NCBI RefSeq assembly: GCF_009914755.1
Contig: NC_060927.1
DNA from: the human T2T-CHM13v2.0 reference genome, Homo sapiens
Length of the DNA: 64,000 bases
Reading direction: 5' to 3' (one strand)
The position numbers and the translations under genes were made by a program. This document shows, in pieces, positions 1 to 12,950 of this stretch (the stretch's first letter is position 1; the number at the start of each line of letters is the position of its first letter). The notes beneath the pieces were generated by a model. The model was not told the origin of the DNA, made no database searches, and saw only the letters and a program-made list of their open reading frames with translations.

Positions 1-702
1 GGTTTTCAAAATTCTGATTTTTACTTGAAAACATGAATTTTATTTTTGGCTACAAATACTGTTGTTTTCCTTGAAACGATAAGCTCTCTTGCTTTATTTT
101 TGAGAAAATCTCCGGCAAAACCCACATTTAAAGAACCATAGTTCGTCAGTCATTGTTTCAAATAAAAATGATGTTCCATGAAAAAAGCGATTGGTTAGCA
201 GCTGTCAATTTAAACAGTTACACAAAGTGCATTTCTTAGAGACAATCATCGTAGTTTGATCTTCAGCAGGTGTTTCATGGTACTTCCCAGAGGTCACACA
301 GAATGTAAAAAAGATGTGTACTCAAGAATATTAAAAATATGTCTACTTTTTGATTATGCTAACATTTTATGTGATCAGGTTTCTTTAGTAAAACCTAGTC
401 AGACAGTACTCAAGGACTGAGATTTAATAAGATTGATACGTTTCAATGCATTAAAGAGAGTCTTAAGTGAAACTGGCTCCCTGTCCCGCTTATTGTATGT
501 GTCTTACAGTGAAATCACTCCCTTGATTCACTTTAAGACTGCAACAGTTTTTTTACCCACTGTTATTTTTGTAGCATTAATGTAAATTTCAACACAGGGA
601 AACGGCTTCTTAGTATGATTATGAAAATAATTTTGAACTTGTGGACTCTTGAAAGGTCTAAGGGACTCCTACACATGTATGGGTCACACATTAACAGCCA
701 CT
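1..702. mobile_element. Charlie1/Charlie1a hAT DNA transposon fossil (runs off the left edge)
   Basis: Resembles recalled Charlie1 consensus (TTTTCAAAATTCT..CAAATACTG..GTTCCATGAAAAAAGCG..GTACTCAAG..AAGTGAAACTGGC; terminal TGAAAATA.TTTTGA..GAAAGG..CACAC..AGCCACT). Confidence 0.7.
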
Positions 703-704
703 CA

Positions 705-820
705 TTGAGTCCAGTCCCTTCATTTGACAGGAGAGGAGAGTGGTGGAAAGATGTGTCTAAGATGGCAGCACAAGTTAGTGGCGGAGCTGGGACAAGAACC
801 TATTGTTACTTAACTCTTCT
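705..820 (-). mobile_element. MIR fragment
   Basis: Degenerate MIR core (catttgacag..caagttagtggcggagctggga..gaacc). Confidence 0.5.
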
Positions 821-917
821 TTCTTTTCTTTTGATTTCCTGCTCCACTTTCAGGAATTTAAAGGTAACTCAAGGAATTCCAAACTTCTTTGTCAGAGATG
901 GTGATGACAAATATATA

Positions 918-1144
918 TAGTTTGTATATCTTTTATCTGAAATGCTTGGGATCAAAAGTGTTTCAGACATCAGATTTTTCCTAATTTTGGAATATTTTCA
1001 TTAAACTTACTGGTTTACATTCCTGATCAAAAAACATGAAACCCAAAATGCCCCAGTGAGCTTTCAGCGTCCTGTCTGTCCTTGAAACTTCTGGATTTTG
1101 GAGCATTTTGAATTTCAGATTTTGGGTTAGGGATACAAAACCTG
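918..1144. mobile_element. Tigger4a (MER46A) TcMar MITE
   Basis: tatctgaaatgcttgggatcaaaagtgtttcag..ggattttggagcatttt..ttagggatacaaaacctg, flanked by TA. Confidence 0.75.
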
Positions 1145-2133
1145 TATAATTATTGAACTTTTTGGGAATAATTCCGTTTTTTAAAAAATGTTAAACCTTT
1201 TGCATATTTTCCCTACTCTCCGCTCACCACTACTATCTCTTCTGCTTTTCAATGGTAACCACTCATGCCTTTTTAAACAAAACATGTGTTGTATTTGCCA
1301 AGACACAGGGGAAGCGAAGTTAAAGGTACAGTTGACTGTTCATTTTCTGAATAAGATGGAATTCTAGCTTTGTGGGGAAGGAAGAATCAGTGAGTTTTCG
1401 TTGAAGGACCCATGCCATTCTTTACCTAAATTAAAGTTGTTAAAAGTCACAGGAAAGAAAATTGTGCAAGCAATTATCATCCTTTATATCACTATAACCC
1501 ATCTTACTAGGCAAACTGTGCCCTTTGCTCCCCAATTATTCTCTATTAAAGTTTCTTGCTCTCCCTCCCCATCCTTCTCTTTCTCTCTCCCTGTCTCCTC
1601 CCCTTTCCTTCTAGAAAGAGGTTGCCCAATAAAACTTGCTCTTAACTTTGCTTTTGGTTATGTTGATATTTTATGTGACTTGTTTTCTTCACTAAACAGT
1701 AGTCAGTCTATGAGACTGTATTGAAGAATGCTGAGAAAGTCAATAGAAGTGGACTTAGAATACTACATGTTCTTTTAAATATGTCTCTTATGTTATAGAG
1801 TAACTTTTTGGGGAGCTAAGGTTTGCAGACAATGCTGCGTGTGAACATATGTGAGTAAATCTGATAAGCTGTGGAAGGAGGCTTGCAAACTTTCAAATGT
1901 ATTGTGCTTTCATTTTCAACTTAATTGGATGTTCTTTTGCAAGGTCTTGTTTTTTTCCTAGTTCTCATTCACCGTTCAGTTGCCTTCCCCCACCTGTGAG
2001 CTTTTTGAGTCAAACTTTGTTTATTAGCTTTTTTCCTGATTCTTCTTTCATGTCTTTCTTTCCTATCCCAAAGTATGATTTGATTAGACCTCAGGTTACC
2101 CTTCTGAATGAGCTCTTCCTCAATCCTAGGCCT

Positions 2134-2435
2134 GGCCAGGCATGGTGCCTCATGCTTATAATCCCAGCAACATGGTAAAACCTTGTCTCTACAAAAAACA
2201 CAAAAATGAGCTGGGCATGGTGGCCCATGCCTGTAGCCCCAACTACTCAGGAGGCTGAGGTGGGAATATCACTTGAGCCTGAGAGGCAGAGATTGCAGTG
2301 AGCCGAGATCGTGCTATTACATTACAGCCTGGGCAACAGAGGGAGATACTGCCTCAGAATAAGTCAGTCAGTCAGTCAGTAAGTAAGTAAGTAAGTAAGT
2401 AAATAAATAAATAAATAAATAAATAAATACGTAAG
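2134..2435 (+). mobile_element. AluJ-type SINE with left-monomer deletion
   Basis: GGCCAGGCATGGTG start; AATCCCAGCA joins ACATGG directly; perfect 12-bp TSD AATCCTAGGCCT at 2122-2133 and 2436-2447. Confidence 0.9.
2359..2429 (+). repeat. Compound tetranucleotide STR (TCAG)n(TAAG)n(TAAA)n in Alu tail
   Basis: Read directly from the sequence. Confidence 0.95.
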
Positions 2436-3292
2436 AATCCTAGGCCTTGGTGACTTACTCTTTTTAATTTTTTTTCCCACAAAACTGATGTGTTTTGCCC
2501 TTACTTTCACCAGAAGACCATTTAGTCTTCTTATTTTTTCTTCCTGAGACTTCTACATTTGTTTTTTTCTAGCCATTTATATTAGGCTCGCAAATTGCAT
2601 AGTGATAGCTGATTGACCCCTTCAAAATGCCTGTTTTCTGCCTCCTTGTCTCAGCTTCTTGAGGATGGTGCTATCTCATGCTTGGTGTATCATAGGAGCC
2701 CCATGGATATGTTGAGTAGATTTTGCTCAGGGGTCTCCTCTTTAGAGAGCGTTCTTCACATTTTTATCTGGAGATCTGAGCTTTTATGTATCTCCCACTA
2801 TTGGGCTGCTAAATCTCCCAAACCCAGAATTGCAATGTCCATCTTTTAATGCAGACTCCCAGCCACTGCCAGGATATCACATGTCTTCTCTGACAGATGG
2901 CTATGTAGCCTCCACTTGAACTTTTGCAGCTCTTTGCAAGGCAATTTGTTCTACTGCTGGACAGCTTCATGTTTAATGTTTTCCCTTGTATTACACTAAA
3001 ACTGATTTTCCCATTATTTTAATCCCCATATTTCTAGCATTGCATAGTTTGAAAAAGTATAATATTGCTTACACATGACATGTCCCCAGATACTCAAAGA
3101 TAGCTCTAATTCCCCCATCTGCCTCCTTTCCTCCTTTAGACCTTCTCTTGCTACTTACATCCCATAGAAGGCTTTGGATGCTCATCCTCTTGGTGCTTTC
3201 CCCATTTCTACATCACTTTCTAGATTTTGGTCCTGATGTCCAACTCTAAGGGACTCCCTCAAGGCCACATTTTATCTCTGATGGTACTAGGA

Positions 3293-3480
3293 GCAGTATG
3301 AGTAAATGGTATGTGTATGAGTCTGAAAGCTGAGATATGAATTCTGGTGCTTATTAGATGTGTGAACTTGATTAGGTTACTTAATCTTTCTAAACCTCAG
3401 TTTCCCAAGATGCAAAATGAATATAATATTAAATTCCAAGACTATTTTTAAGGATTAAAGATATAAAATGCTTAGCTTAG
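3293..3480 (+). mobile_element. MIR
   Basis: gtgtgaacttg..gttacttaatctttctaaacctcagtttccc..aaaatg..aaggattaaa. Confidence 0.65.
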
Positions 3481-4049
3481 TTACTAAAATATATTATGTT
3501 TAGCTTGATCAATTATTTCATCTTTTATCTATCCAACAACTCCTTTTCTTTTTCACACATGTGCACTTGGTTTTAAAAATTATTTCAAGAGTTCTTCCCT
3601 CCTCCTTTCCTTCTCTCTTTTCTTCTCTCTTTAAATTTTATAACGTATATACTCTTATAAAAGTTACCATCATGTTTAGATTTCCTTCTAAACTTTTATA
3701 TCTAGAATTTAACATGATTTTCTTGACAAATATGTTTTCTTCTATGTGAATTTTCGCAGCTGCTGCCTACATTTCTGCTCATGTGTTTAGCCTCTGTTAA
3801 TCTTCCTGTGAAAATTGTGACTTCATCCTGCCAATGGGTTAATGATGACTGGCTCATTGCATGTCACTTAACTCCTCGCTAAATGCTTCACTTGATCACT
3901 CAGTAACTTTACAATCATTTAGTTGTACAATACATTTAAAAAAATTAAAAGTTCAATTAATTTCAATTTCACAAACACTTACTAATCCCATCTTATATCA
4001 CATGCATTAAACTAGGTGTGTGTTATAGTAGTTGCATAGAACATTTTGT

Positions 4050-4330
4050 TCATTTGCTCATTCATTCATTCATTGAATGTTCTTTTGAGTACATACTAAA
4101 GACCAGATGCTGGATAGACTTTGGGTTCGGATTCAAGAAGCTGTGTTAGACAAAGAGCCTCTATTCAAGATGCATGATCAACTAAAAGTGATAAAACAAT
4201 ATGGTAATTTTAGTGATCCAGATATAAAACTAGGCATTATGGTAGTTTTAAGAAAGGCTGCTTCATCGAACATTTTTGCATTAAGAAGCTTCTTATCGGG
4301 GAGACACTAAATGTTGAGTAGGGCCTCAGA
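4050..4330 (-). mobile_element. L2 3' fragment
   Basis: cattcattcattcattgaatg..ttgagtacatacta, the reverse complement of the L2 3' terminus. Confidence 0.5.
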
Positions 4331-5955
4331 CTCTACTAGAAAGGTAAGACCCATATTAGGGCTTGGTTTTGTTTGATTATAAAGCCATTTTGTGAGAATC
4401 AACCTCCAGGCTCCATGTGTTATCTTTGGCTCCTCACCTTCACCCCCACCCTCCCACCCCAGTTGCATGCATGCCATATTTTTCCTTCTTCTTTTCAATA
4501 AGGAAGCATCAGAATCAACAGAATAACATAAAGATAGGTGTGGTGACATTATAGGCTCACTTCTGGGGCGTCATTATTACATTAATTTTTCTATATTTCC
4601 AAGTAAGAATAACAATGTAAGTACATAAAAATAATCTCATGATAGTAGAACATATTGCATAGTATTTCTCTATTCATCATTCCCTTTACTTCTTGTAGAA
4701 AAGCTTAGTGCTTGTGGATTTCCTTAAATAAGTGTCTTAAGCACTGTATCTGATCTGATAGATATTAGCACAACAATTGGCACTGAGTAATTATATTTGG
4801 AGAATTTGGAAGGAATTTTTTCTCTATTGCAAAGTGGTCATGCTGTGTTGTCTGCTTTTATTTATATCACAAGACCAGATCTGCCGTTAACTAGATGTCT
4901 AGGAAAGAGTTCCTTTACTACTCTGTGCCTTAGCTTTGTCACTTGTCAAACGAGAATATACTAGGAACAGTATCAGTTTTGCCTCACTGAGCTGCAGTGA
5001 AGAATAAAATCATTTATCTGTGTGAAAGGACAATGCATACAGATGGTAACAATTATAAATATTAAACTAAGCTTTTGAGTGACCGGATTGGCTACTTCTC
5101 TTAAAGTGAGTTCTGCTTAATTAGTTAATTCTTACTTATTGCCCCAAACTTTCTGAGATAGCTTCATGTTTTTTTCCTCTCTACCCTGAAGTGCCTGCTT
5201 GCAAGCACTATATGCTCAATGAGCATTTGTTGAATGAATTTTTTAAAAGTATTTACCTTTTTTGCTTTTATTATTATTTTAAATTAACACATAATTGTAC
5301 ATGTTTACGGGGTACAGTGTGATATTTTGATACATGTATACAATGTGTAAAGATCAAATGAAGGTATTTAGCATATTCATCACCTCAAACGTTTATTATT
5401 TCTTTGTGTTTGGAACATTCAAAAGCCACTCTTCTAGCTACTTGAAAATATACAATAAATTGTTGGTAATTATAGTGATTCTATAGTGCTGTAGAACACT
5501 AGAACTGACTCCTCCTTTGTACTTTTGTATCCATTTACCAACCTTTGGCTATCCTCCCCCTCCTGCTACTTTTCTCCACCTCTGGTGATCAGTATTTTAC
5601 TCTCTATGTGATCGATTTCTTTCAGCTTCCACATATGAGAAAGGACATGTGACAAATAACTTTCTGCTTCTGGCTTATTTCACTTAACATGATGTCCTCC
5701 AGGCTTATCCATGTTACTGTGAATGACAAGATTTCATTCATTTTTTTATGGCTGAATAGTATTACATTGTAAATATATAACACATTTTCTTTGCCTGTTT
5801 ATCTGTTGATGGATACTTAGATTGATTCCTTATCTTGGCTGTTATAATTAGTGCTGCAATAAACATGGGAATGCAGATATCTTATTGAAAATGTTTTTTT
5901 TTTTTCCTTTGGATATATGACCAGCAGTGGGATTGCTGGATCTTACGATATTTCT

Positions 5956-6264
5956 TTCTTTTTTTTTTTTTTTTTTTTGAGACGGAGTTTTGCTGTGTCA
6001 CCAGGCTGGAGTGCAGTGGTGCTATCTGGCTCACTGCAAGCTCCGCCTCCTGGCCTCCTGGGTTCAAGCGATTCTCCTGCCTCAGCCTCCCGAGTAGCTG
6101 GGACTACAGACGCGCGCTACCACGCCCGGCTAATTTTTGTGTTTTTAGTACAGACGGGGTTTCATCATATTGGCCAGGATGGTCTCCTTCTCTTGACCTC
6201 GTGATCCGCCCACCTTGGCCTCCCAAAGTGCTGGGATTATAGGCCTGAGCCACCATGCCCAGCC
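5956..6264 (-). mobile_element. AluSc-like SINE inside the L1
   Basis: Full dimer; CCAGGATGGTC and GACCTCGTGATCC; TSD ATATTTCT at 5948-5955 and 6266-6273. Confidence 0.9.
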
Positions 6265-9194
6265 AATATTTCTAATTTTAGTGTTTTGAAGAACCTCTAT
6301 ACTATTTTCTATAATGGCTGTACTAACTTACATTCCCACCAACAGTGTATGAATTCCCTTTTCTTTGCATCTTTGCCAGCGTTTCTTATTTTTTTTGTCT
6401 CTGATAATAGCTATTCTAACTTGGGTTAGATGATATCTCATGGTGGCTCCATTTTCTGTATATGGATGTCCAGTTTTCCCAGCACCATTTATTAAAGAGA
6501 TTCTTCTTGTTTCCTTTGTTGAAAATCAGTTGGCTGTAAATACGTGGATTTATTTTTGGGTTCTCTGTTCTGTCCCATTGGTGTATACGCCTGTTCAAGA
6601 ACTATCTTGAATAAAAGTGGTAAAAGTGAGCATCTTTGTCTTGTTCCAGAGCTTAAAAGAAACCTTTCAATTTGAACGTGTCCAGTATGTTGATGACTGT
6701 GGGTTTATCATGTGAAGTGTTTATTATGCTGAGGTAAGGTATGTTTCTTTTATACCTGACTTGAGATATTATATCATGAAGGAATGTTGAACTTTATGAA
6801 GTGCTTTTTCTGCATCTAATGAGATAATCATGGTTTTTGTACTTTGTTTTGTTGAGGTAATGTATCACGTTTATTGGTTTACCTGTGTTAAACTATCCTT
6901 GTATCCCTCGGATAAATACCACTTGATCATAGTAAATGCTCCTTTAAATGTATTGGTGGATTCAGTTTGCTAGTATTTTGTTGAGGATTTTTGCATCTAT
7001 GTTCATCAGAGATCCTGGCCTATAATTTTCTTTTTACATGTTTGTCCTTGTCTGGTTTTGGTATGAGGGTAAGAATGCATTCATGAAATTCTTTATTTTT
7101 GAGATTTATTCTTTTTTATTATGTCTATCTTTGTTGAATTTCTTCTTCATATTGTGAATTATTTTCTTGATTTAGTAAAATTGTCTATCTGTATTTTCTT
7201 GTATCTCACTGAGGTTCCTTAAGATCATTATTTTGAATTCCTTTTCTGGCATTTTATTGATTTCTTTTTTACTGGAGTCTGAAACTAAAGAGCTACATTC
7301 CTTTGGTGGTGTCATATTTTATTGCTTTTTCATATTTCTTGTGTCAGTGAGTTGATGTCTTTGCATCCGGTGGAACAATTACCTCTTCTATACAAACTTT
7401 CTGGAGTGGTTTTCATAAAAAAAGACTTCCGCTTGCAATTAGGGTTGGTGTTACAGTTGGGAGGGGTGTGATGACTTTGTTTCTGAATAGATGCAGTGAT
7501 AGGGTCTCCATGCAGCTTCTAAAGCTACGTTCAATGTCAGCAATAACTGTGGGCACCTCAGTAGCTTAAGTTGTAGAAATTTGTGGCAGTGGTGGTGGTG
7601 GCATAGATTATTAATGTCCTCAGTGTCAAGGGCTTTTGAGGTCCTCCTATTCTTATTTTTTTCATAATGGGGAGATTTAGCCAAGGGGACTGCTCTTCAT
7701 GTCAGATATCACATGACCTACAAGCAAGTGCAGTGGTGCTGAGTTCTAGGTGCAGGTGCTTGAAGTGGCTGTGGGACTAGAGTCTTATGCCCAGGATCTT
7801 GCCAACCTATTGTGACACCTGGGTCTTGGGTTACAGGTTCACTCTCTGTGCTAGGGTTGGATGTAGGCTTCCCACAGAGCCAGGATTTGTGACTCTGAGA
7901 CATTACTCTACAAACTCAGTCCCAGCTGTGAGTGGCTCAACTCCAGGAAAGAAGGAGTGCAGGGAAGTTTGGACCCAGAGAGCAGGATATGCCCTGATTT
8001 GGCAACATGAGCCAGTAGGGTTCAGTGGCAACTTGGATCTCAGGGGATGAGGCACCATGTAGTAGTGATTCTTGACCCCTGGATGTTGGGACTCAGCAGT
8101 ACCTTAGACTCTGTAAGACCACATGCGGTAGCAGTACCCCAGAATGGCAACATACAGCTGTTACTTGTGCCCTGAGTGGGGGCAGAGTACAGCACAGTGG
8201 TGGCTGTATGCCACAGGGAGAGGGGTATCTTAGCAGCTCTGACACTAAGCAGGTAGACCAGCTCCAGGGAAACAGCGTATTAGAGTTGTTTTCCCTTTAG
8301 GCTGGAGTGTCTCAGATCAGCCCAGCCACTGCTCAGTTTTCCAAGGATGTGGGTTATCACATCAGCTCAGCTTTGGGATTTACAGCTGCTCAGCTGAGCG
8401 ATGGCACCAATTCACCAAGGGACAATATGCCACTTCAGCTCAGGCCTGGGGGACATGACTTTTCTAGGCAGCCCAGGTACCATTTCCCTGGGATGAAGGG
8501 TGCTACTTCAGATTAAGTACTGGGGTGCGTGACCGCTCTGAGTGGCCAATGTACTGTTTTCCCAGGAGGCAGGGTACTGCTTCAGCACTGGCCTGAAGGG
8601 GAGGGTGAAAGGTAGATTAAGTGACTCTACCTTCACCTGGGCCCATGGGGAAGAGTGGAACAGTTGCTGGCAGCTCGGCTTGGGGATGTCGGGCCACTGG
8701 GTTCGGGTGGTTCAACGGTAGCTTAGCCTTAGTGATGGAGTGTCATAGCTATGCACTCCCAGAGCAAGAGACACTCCAGCCAAAGCTCCATTTCCAAGAC
8801 GGCATAGCGCAGTAGCTGCGCAGGCCACAGAGGGCAGGTCACACTGGTTGCTCTTTTTCTTGGGGAAGCACGGCTATGTGGACTTCAGGCAGGTCCCTCA
8901 GCTGGGACTTGGCTCCTGTGAGGACTACATGAGACTCCATGGGTGAGGTCTGTAGCTGTTCAAGGTGTTGATGGGGCTTGCTGGGATCCTTTTGTGTACC
9001 ATTCTACCCTAGAGAGAAGTTCCTCCCTGTTTCCAGCAGATCCCAAGTGGGTGATGGGTGGTAAAGACCAGGTGTTTTGTTTCTATTCTCTATGTGGTCA
9101 TTCTGAGTTTCTTGCTATCCAGGGTTTCTGTTACTTCTCTGATGCAGTCTGGTACACTGCCTTAGTTATTATTTTTTCTTCTTCTGTTTTTAGT

Positions 9195-9335
9195 TCATCT
9201 TTTTGTTTTTTTCTATATAGCAATGGGGTTTCCCTATGTTGCCCAGGCTGCTCTCAAACTCCAGAGCTCAACAGATCCACTCACCTTGGCCTCCCAGAGT
9301 GCCGGGACTACAGGCACGAACCATCGTGCCTGGCC
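9195..9335 (-). mobile_element. FLAM / Alu left monomer
   Basis: ggggtttccctatgttgcccaggctg..ccttggcctcccagagtgc..gtgcctggcc; AGTTATT on both sides. Confidence 0.8.
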
Positions 9336-10943
9336 CAGTTATTTTTGTTAAAGTTTAGTTGTTGATTGTTGTTGTGGCTGTCTTTGTGAAAGAGACGAGA
9401 GCTAGGGGCCTCTGGTTGGCCATGCTACTGATGTCACTCTTAAAGTACTTATCTTTAAAAGTCCAGTGCTGGAGATTTGTAAGCTACTTATATTTCTGCT
9501 CAGAATTCCTAAAGTCTCTCATTTTATTTCTAGATTATACATTCCATTGATAGAGCCCTTATAAATATAACATTAAGAAGTTGAGCATTACCTTTAGGCC
9601 AAAGCAATTTACTTTTAAAAAATCTGATTAATTTCAACACAATCAACCAGATGTCAGAAGATTTCAGTGCCTCTGATAGATGCTGACAGGTGTGGAAATT
9701 AAAATCAGAGAGGGAAGCAATTAAATCCTGGCAAACATTACTTTAATGAGACAACCAAATCATAAGCTATGGAATACCTTGTATTCTTGATAAGTATCTT
9801 AGGGTGGCATGAGAGTGCACTTTAAATTGTATGTGGTATTTGATGACTGGAATGCAGGGCAGTCCATATTTGTCATCTAATTCCTTTGGCCTGATTTAAC
9901 ATTTCAGTTGCTTCTGGGGACAGACTTCTATGTTTAAAACATTGTTTTATTTTAATAAATGTTAGGTTAAGTAATCCTTTTACTACTACCTCTGTTGCCA
10001 CATGAAACTTATGAAAATGACCAAATTATTATTGGCCTTTTCGCAGTGGTTTTGGGATAACTGTGAAAAGAGAAACACAGAATGTGTATTTTATGCAACT
10101 TCTAATCAAAAGATTTGATAATTACAGCACTAAAACCAGAACCCAGTTCCTCCATCCCCATTTCATTATTCTTTTCAATATGATTCCCCCTATTCGGAAT
10201 GAATATCTTGGACACCAGGGTGAAAGAGGTACCAGTTTATTGACTTAGTGGGAGTTTTTATAAGATACTCTTATATTGCTTATTGAGGTACTAAAGCACT
10301 TACAAAATATCAAGTATTTTGAGTTAGCTTTACACTGGTTCAATAACACTTAGAATTTTTGTTCATAATACTAAGATAATCATCTTAGGGATGGTTACAT
10401 TTTGTTGTGAGGTGTGGTGGAAAATTCAAAGGACACCATGGTTTGTGAAAAACCCATTGCAGCTGATCTCTGCACTTTTCATTTCCATGTCATTCCATTT
10501 TCTTCTGCTTTTTCTTTACCCCCTGTTATTTTCTTGCTTCTCTCTCTTTATTATCTTACCTTCATTTACTCCATCCTGTTTTTCTCCAAAATATAGTTGC
10601 TTCTGTAAAATTGCTTCTGAGGGTGAGCATATTTTTGAGGGGAGAGAGGATGGATGGTTTGACAAAGGATGCAGACATGTCAGGTTCTGGGTCAGCAGTT
10701 AGTTATAAAATACACAGAGGCAGCCAAGGATAACTGGCTTCATTACCAAAAGGCTAGAGTGGGATTTGTCAGTTGTCCCAGATGTCTGTATGGAATTATG
10801 GAAAACTCCATTGCATTATGAAACACTCAGGAGCTACTCAGGACACATGCCACTCAATCCACGTGAAGAGGGCTGGTGAACTTCTTAGCTAGAAAGACTT
10901 CAGCTTTCCTATTGCTTAAAATGAGACTGATTGGTGAAGGATT

Positions 10944-11310
10944 TGTATTAGTCCATTCTCACGCTGCTATAAAGAACTGCCAGAGACCACGTAATTTATA
11001 AAGAAAGAGGTTTAATTGACTCACAGTTCCACATTGCTGGGGAGGCCTCAGGAAACTTATAATCATGGTGAAAGGCAAAGGAGGAACAGGCACCTTCTTC
11101 ACAGGGCGGCAGGAAAGAGTGACTGCCAGCAGGAGAAATGCCAGATGCTTATAAAACTATCAGATCTCGTGAGACTCACTCACTATCATGAGAACAGCAT
11201 GGGGGAAATTGCCCCCATGATCGGATTACTTCTACCTGGTATCACCCTTGACTCATGGGGTTTACAATTCAAGATGACATTTTCGGTGTGGACACAGTCA
11301 AACTGTATCA
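10944..11310 (-). mobile_element. THE1D-like MaLR solo LTR
   Basis: TGTATTAGTCC...TATCA termini; gaggcctcaggaaacttataatcatgg, cagatctcgtgagactcactcactatcatgagaacagc. Confidence 0.85.
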
Positions 11311-11932
11311 CACTCTTCACAAAACTTCACTGGTACAGACTTGCGTATATGGCTTGTGCTTCGACACTTTGCCCAGGGATGTTGCATCTTGAAACTTTCC
11401 TGGTGAGATCTGAGAAAGTGTTTATGGTAACACTGCATCAAACACTCCTTTTGCCTTAGCTTAGTAATGTGTCACCTTCTGGTTAGACCACAGATGTGAA
11501 GTCTACTCTTTCTCCTTTCACTTGCTAATAAAGCAGAACTTAGAACTAAGTGTGTGTTAGTGCTTCGACAATTGAATTTTCTGTGCTATACACTCGGTTT
11601 CCCTTTCCTGAAGTTGTTTAGTTACCCTCTTCAAATAGCAATTGGGAGGCTACGTCATGTAGTAGGAGGGTGCTTACTGATTTTGGTATCAAGATACAGT
11701 GTTACATTTTTATCTGCTCCATGTTAACCATGTGATCTTTGAAGTTTGGTTTTTGTATTTGTAAAATTTGGGTAATAAGGTCTCATTGGAGTTATAAAGG
11801 GAATGGTTTGAGACATAATGGTCATTGTGATTTTTCAAGCTATAAAATAAAGCATGATGTTAAAAGATGATTAATGTTTTCATTTGGTGGTAGATGACAA
11901 GTTTCTTGCAGGGCATCTGATCAATCATGCTC

Positions 11933-11992
11933 TTTTTTTTTTTTTTTTTTTTGAAACTTTTATTTTAAGTTCAGGGGTATAGTTGCAGGATC
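11933..11992 (-). mobile_element. Ultra-short 5'-truncated L1PA insertion
   Basis: ~20 T followed by aacttttattttaagttcaggggta..tgcagg; TSD CATG(C/T)TCTTTT at 11926-11936 and 11993-12003. Confidence 0.7.
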
Positions 11993-12789
11993 CATGTTCT
12001 TTTCTTAACCTGTTTTGAGTCCTTTATGTAAACGGGACATTTTATCAAAACTTCCTAGAAGTCTTATATTTCTCAATAAATCCATCCATTCTATTAAAAC
12101 AAATTTGCTTTGTTCTTAGAGTCTGGTGGAAACTCCAACTCTCTGAACCTAGGGCATGATTATGGGCACAAAGTTGAAAATGATGTGCGATTCATCAGCA
12201 GGTCTTTCAACTAAAGCAGTATCTGTTTTGCTTTTTAGGGGTCAAGGAAACTTTTGATTTTAAAATCTTAAAAGTTTTTGGGCTGTCTCTTGTTAGATGA
12301 GGTCATGTGAGAGTGACATAGATTAATATTTCGGTGTTTTAAAACTAGGAAACATAAGTCAAAGAGATATTCTCTTGCCTAATGTGCTTATAATGTTATC
12401 TTTTGATCATATAAATGTGGATTTATGGGAAGAAATGTTATCACTGCTCTCTATAACCATATATATGGAATAATGGAGAGAAATCTTATTTAAAAAGTTT
12501 AACTAAGGGCAACTTTGGCTATGGAGTATATATCATAATCTTCACATACATATGAAGAAATTGACACTCATGGAGTTTAAATAACTTGCCTAAGGCCATT
12601 GATTAAAGGAAATCTGACTGGCTCGAAATCCTATGTACTTTTCCCATTTCCTCATTTCAATCAAATAGCTGGTTTTATTTTATTTTCTCTCTCCACCAAG
12701 CCTTGTGAATTAAGACAATGAGTTGCTGTTTGTCTTTGTCTTTCCCTAGCCTAATAACCTAGGAAAAACTGAAGTAGAAAGGAAGGATT

Positions 12790-12950
12790 ACTGGACTAGC
12801 AGGCACAAACTTTGGCTCCAAATTCATGCCCTGCCAGATACTAAACTGTGTAATCTTGGGCAAATTACTTTCCTTTTGTGAACTTCAGTTTCTACTTCTG
12901 TAAAATGTGGACAATAATATTCATTTTATATGGTTTCTGTAAAGTTAATC
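12790..12950 (+). mobile_element. MIR
   Basis: ctgtgtaatcttgggcaaattactt..cttcagtttctacttctgtaaaatgtggacaataat. Confidence 0.7.

Larger units (their letters stand above)
5261..9441 (-). mobile_element. Old L1MA-type LINE-1 with both termini and large internal deletions, interrupted by two Alus
   Basis: L1MA 3' UTR at ~5270-5900, ORF2 pieces at 6270-7070, ORF1/5' UTR at 7080-9440 ending in an L1 5' start (minus AGAGTGACATCAGTAGCATGGCC); candidate TSD 13/15 at 5246-5260 and 9442-9456. Confidence 0.8.

Noticed and set aside
5882-6204. Alu-derived ORFs (also at 17705, 19644, 26598, 35238, 38434, 41508, 43004-43506, 56244, 59071, 60846)
   Set aside because: Typical Alu translations ([20 protein letters not shown]); not genes.
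11016-11459. 147-aa ORF
   Set aside because: Reads through the THE1D LTR.
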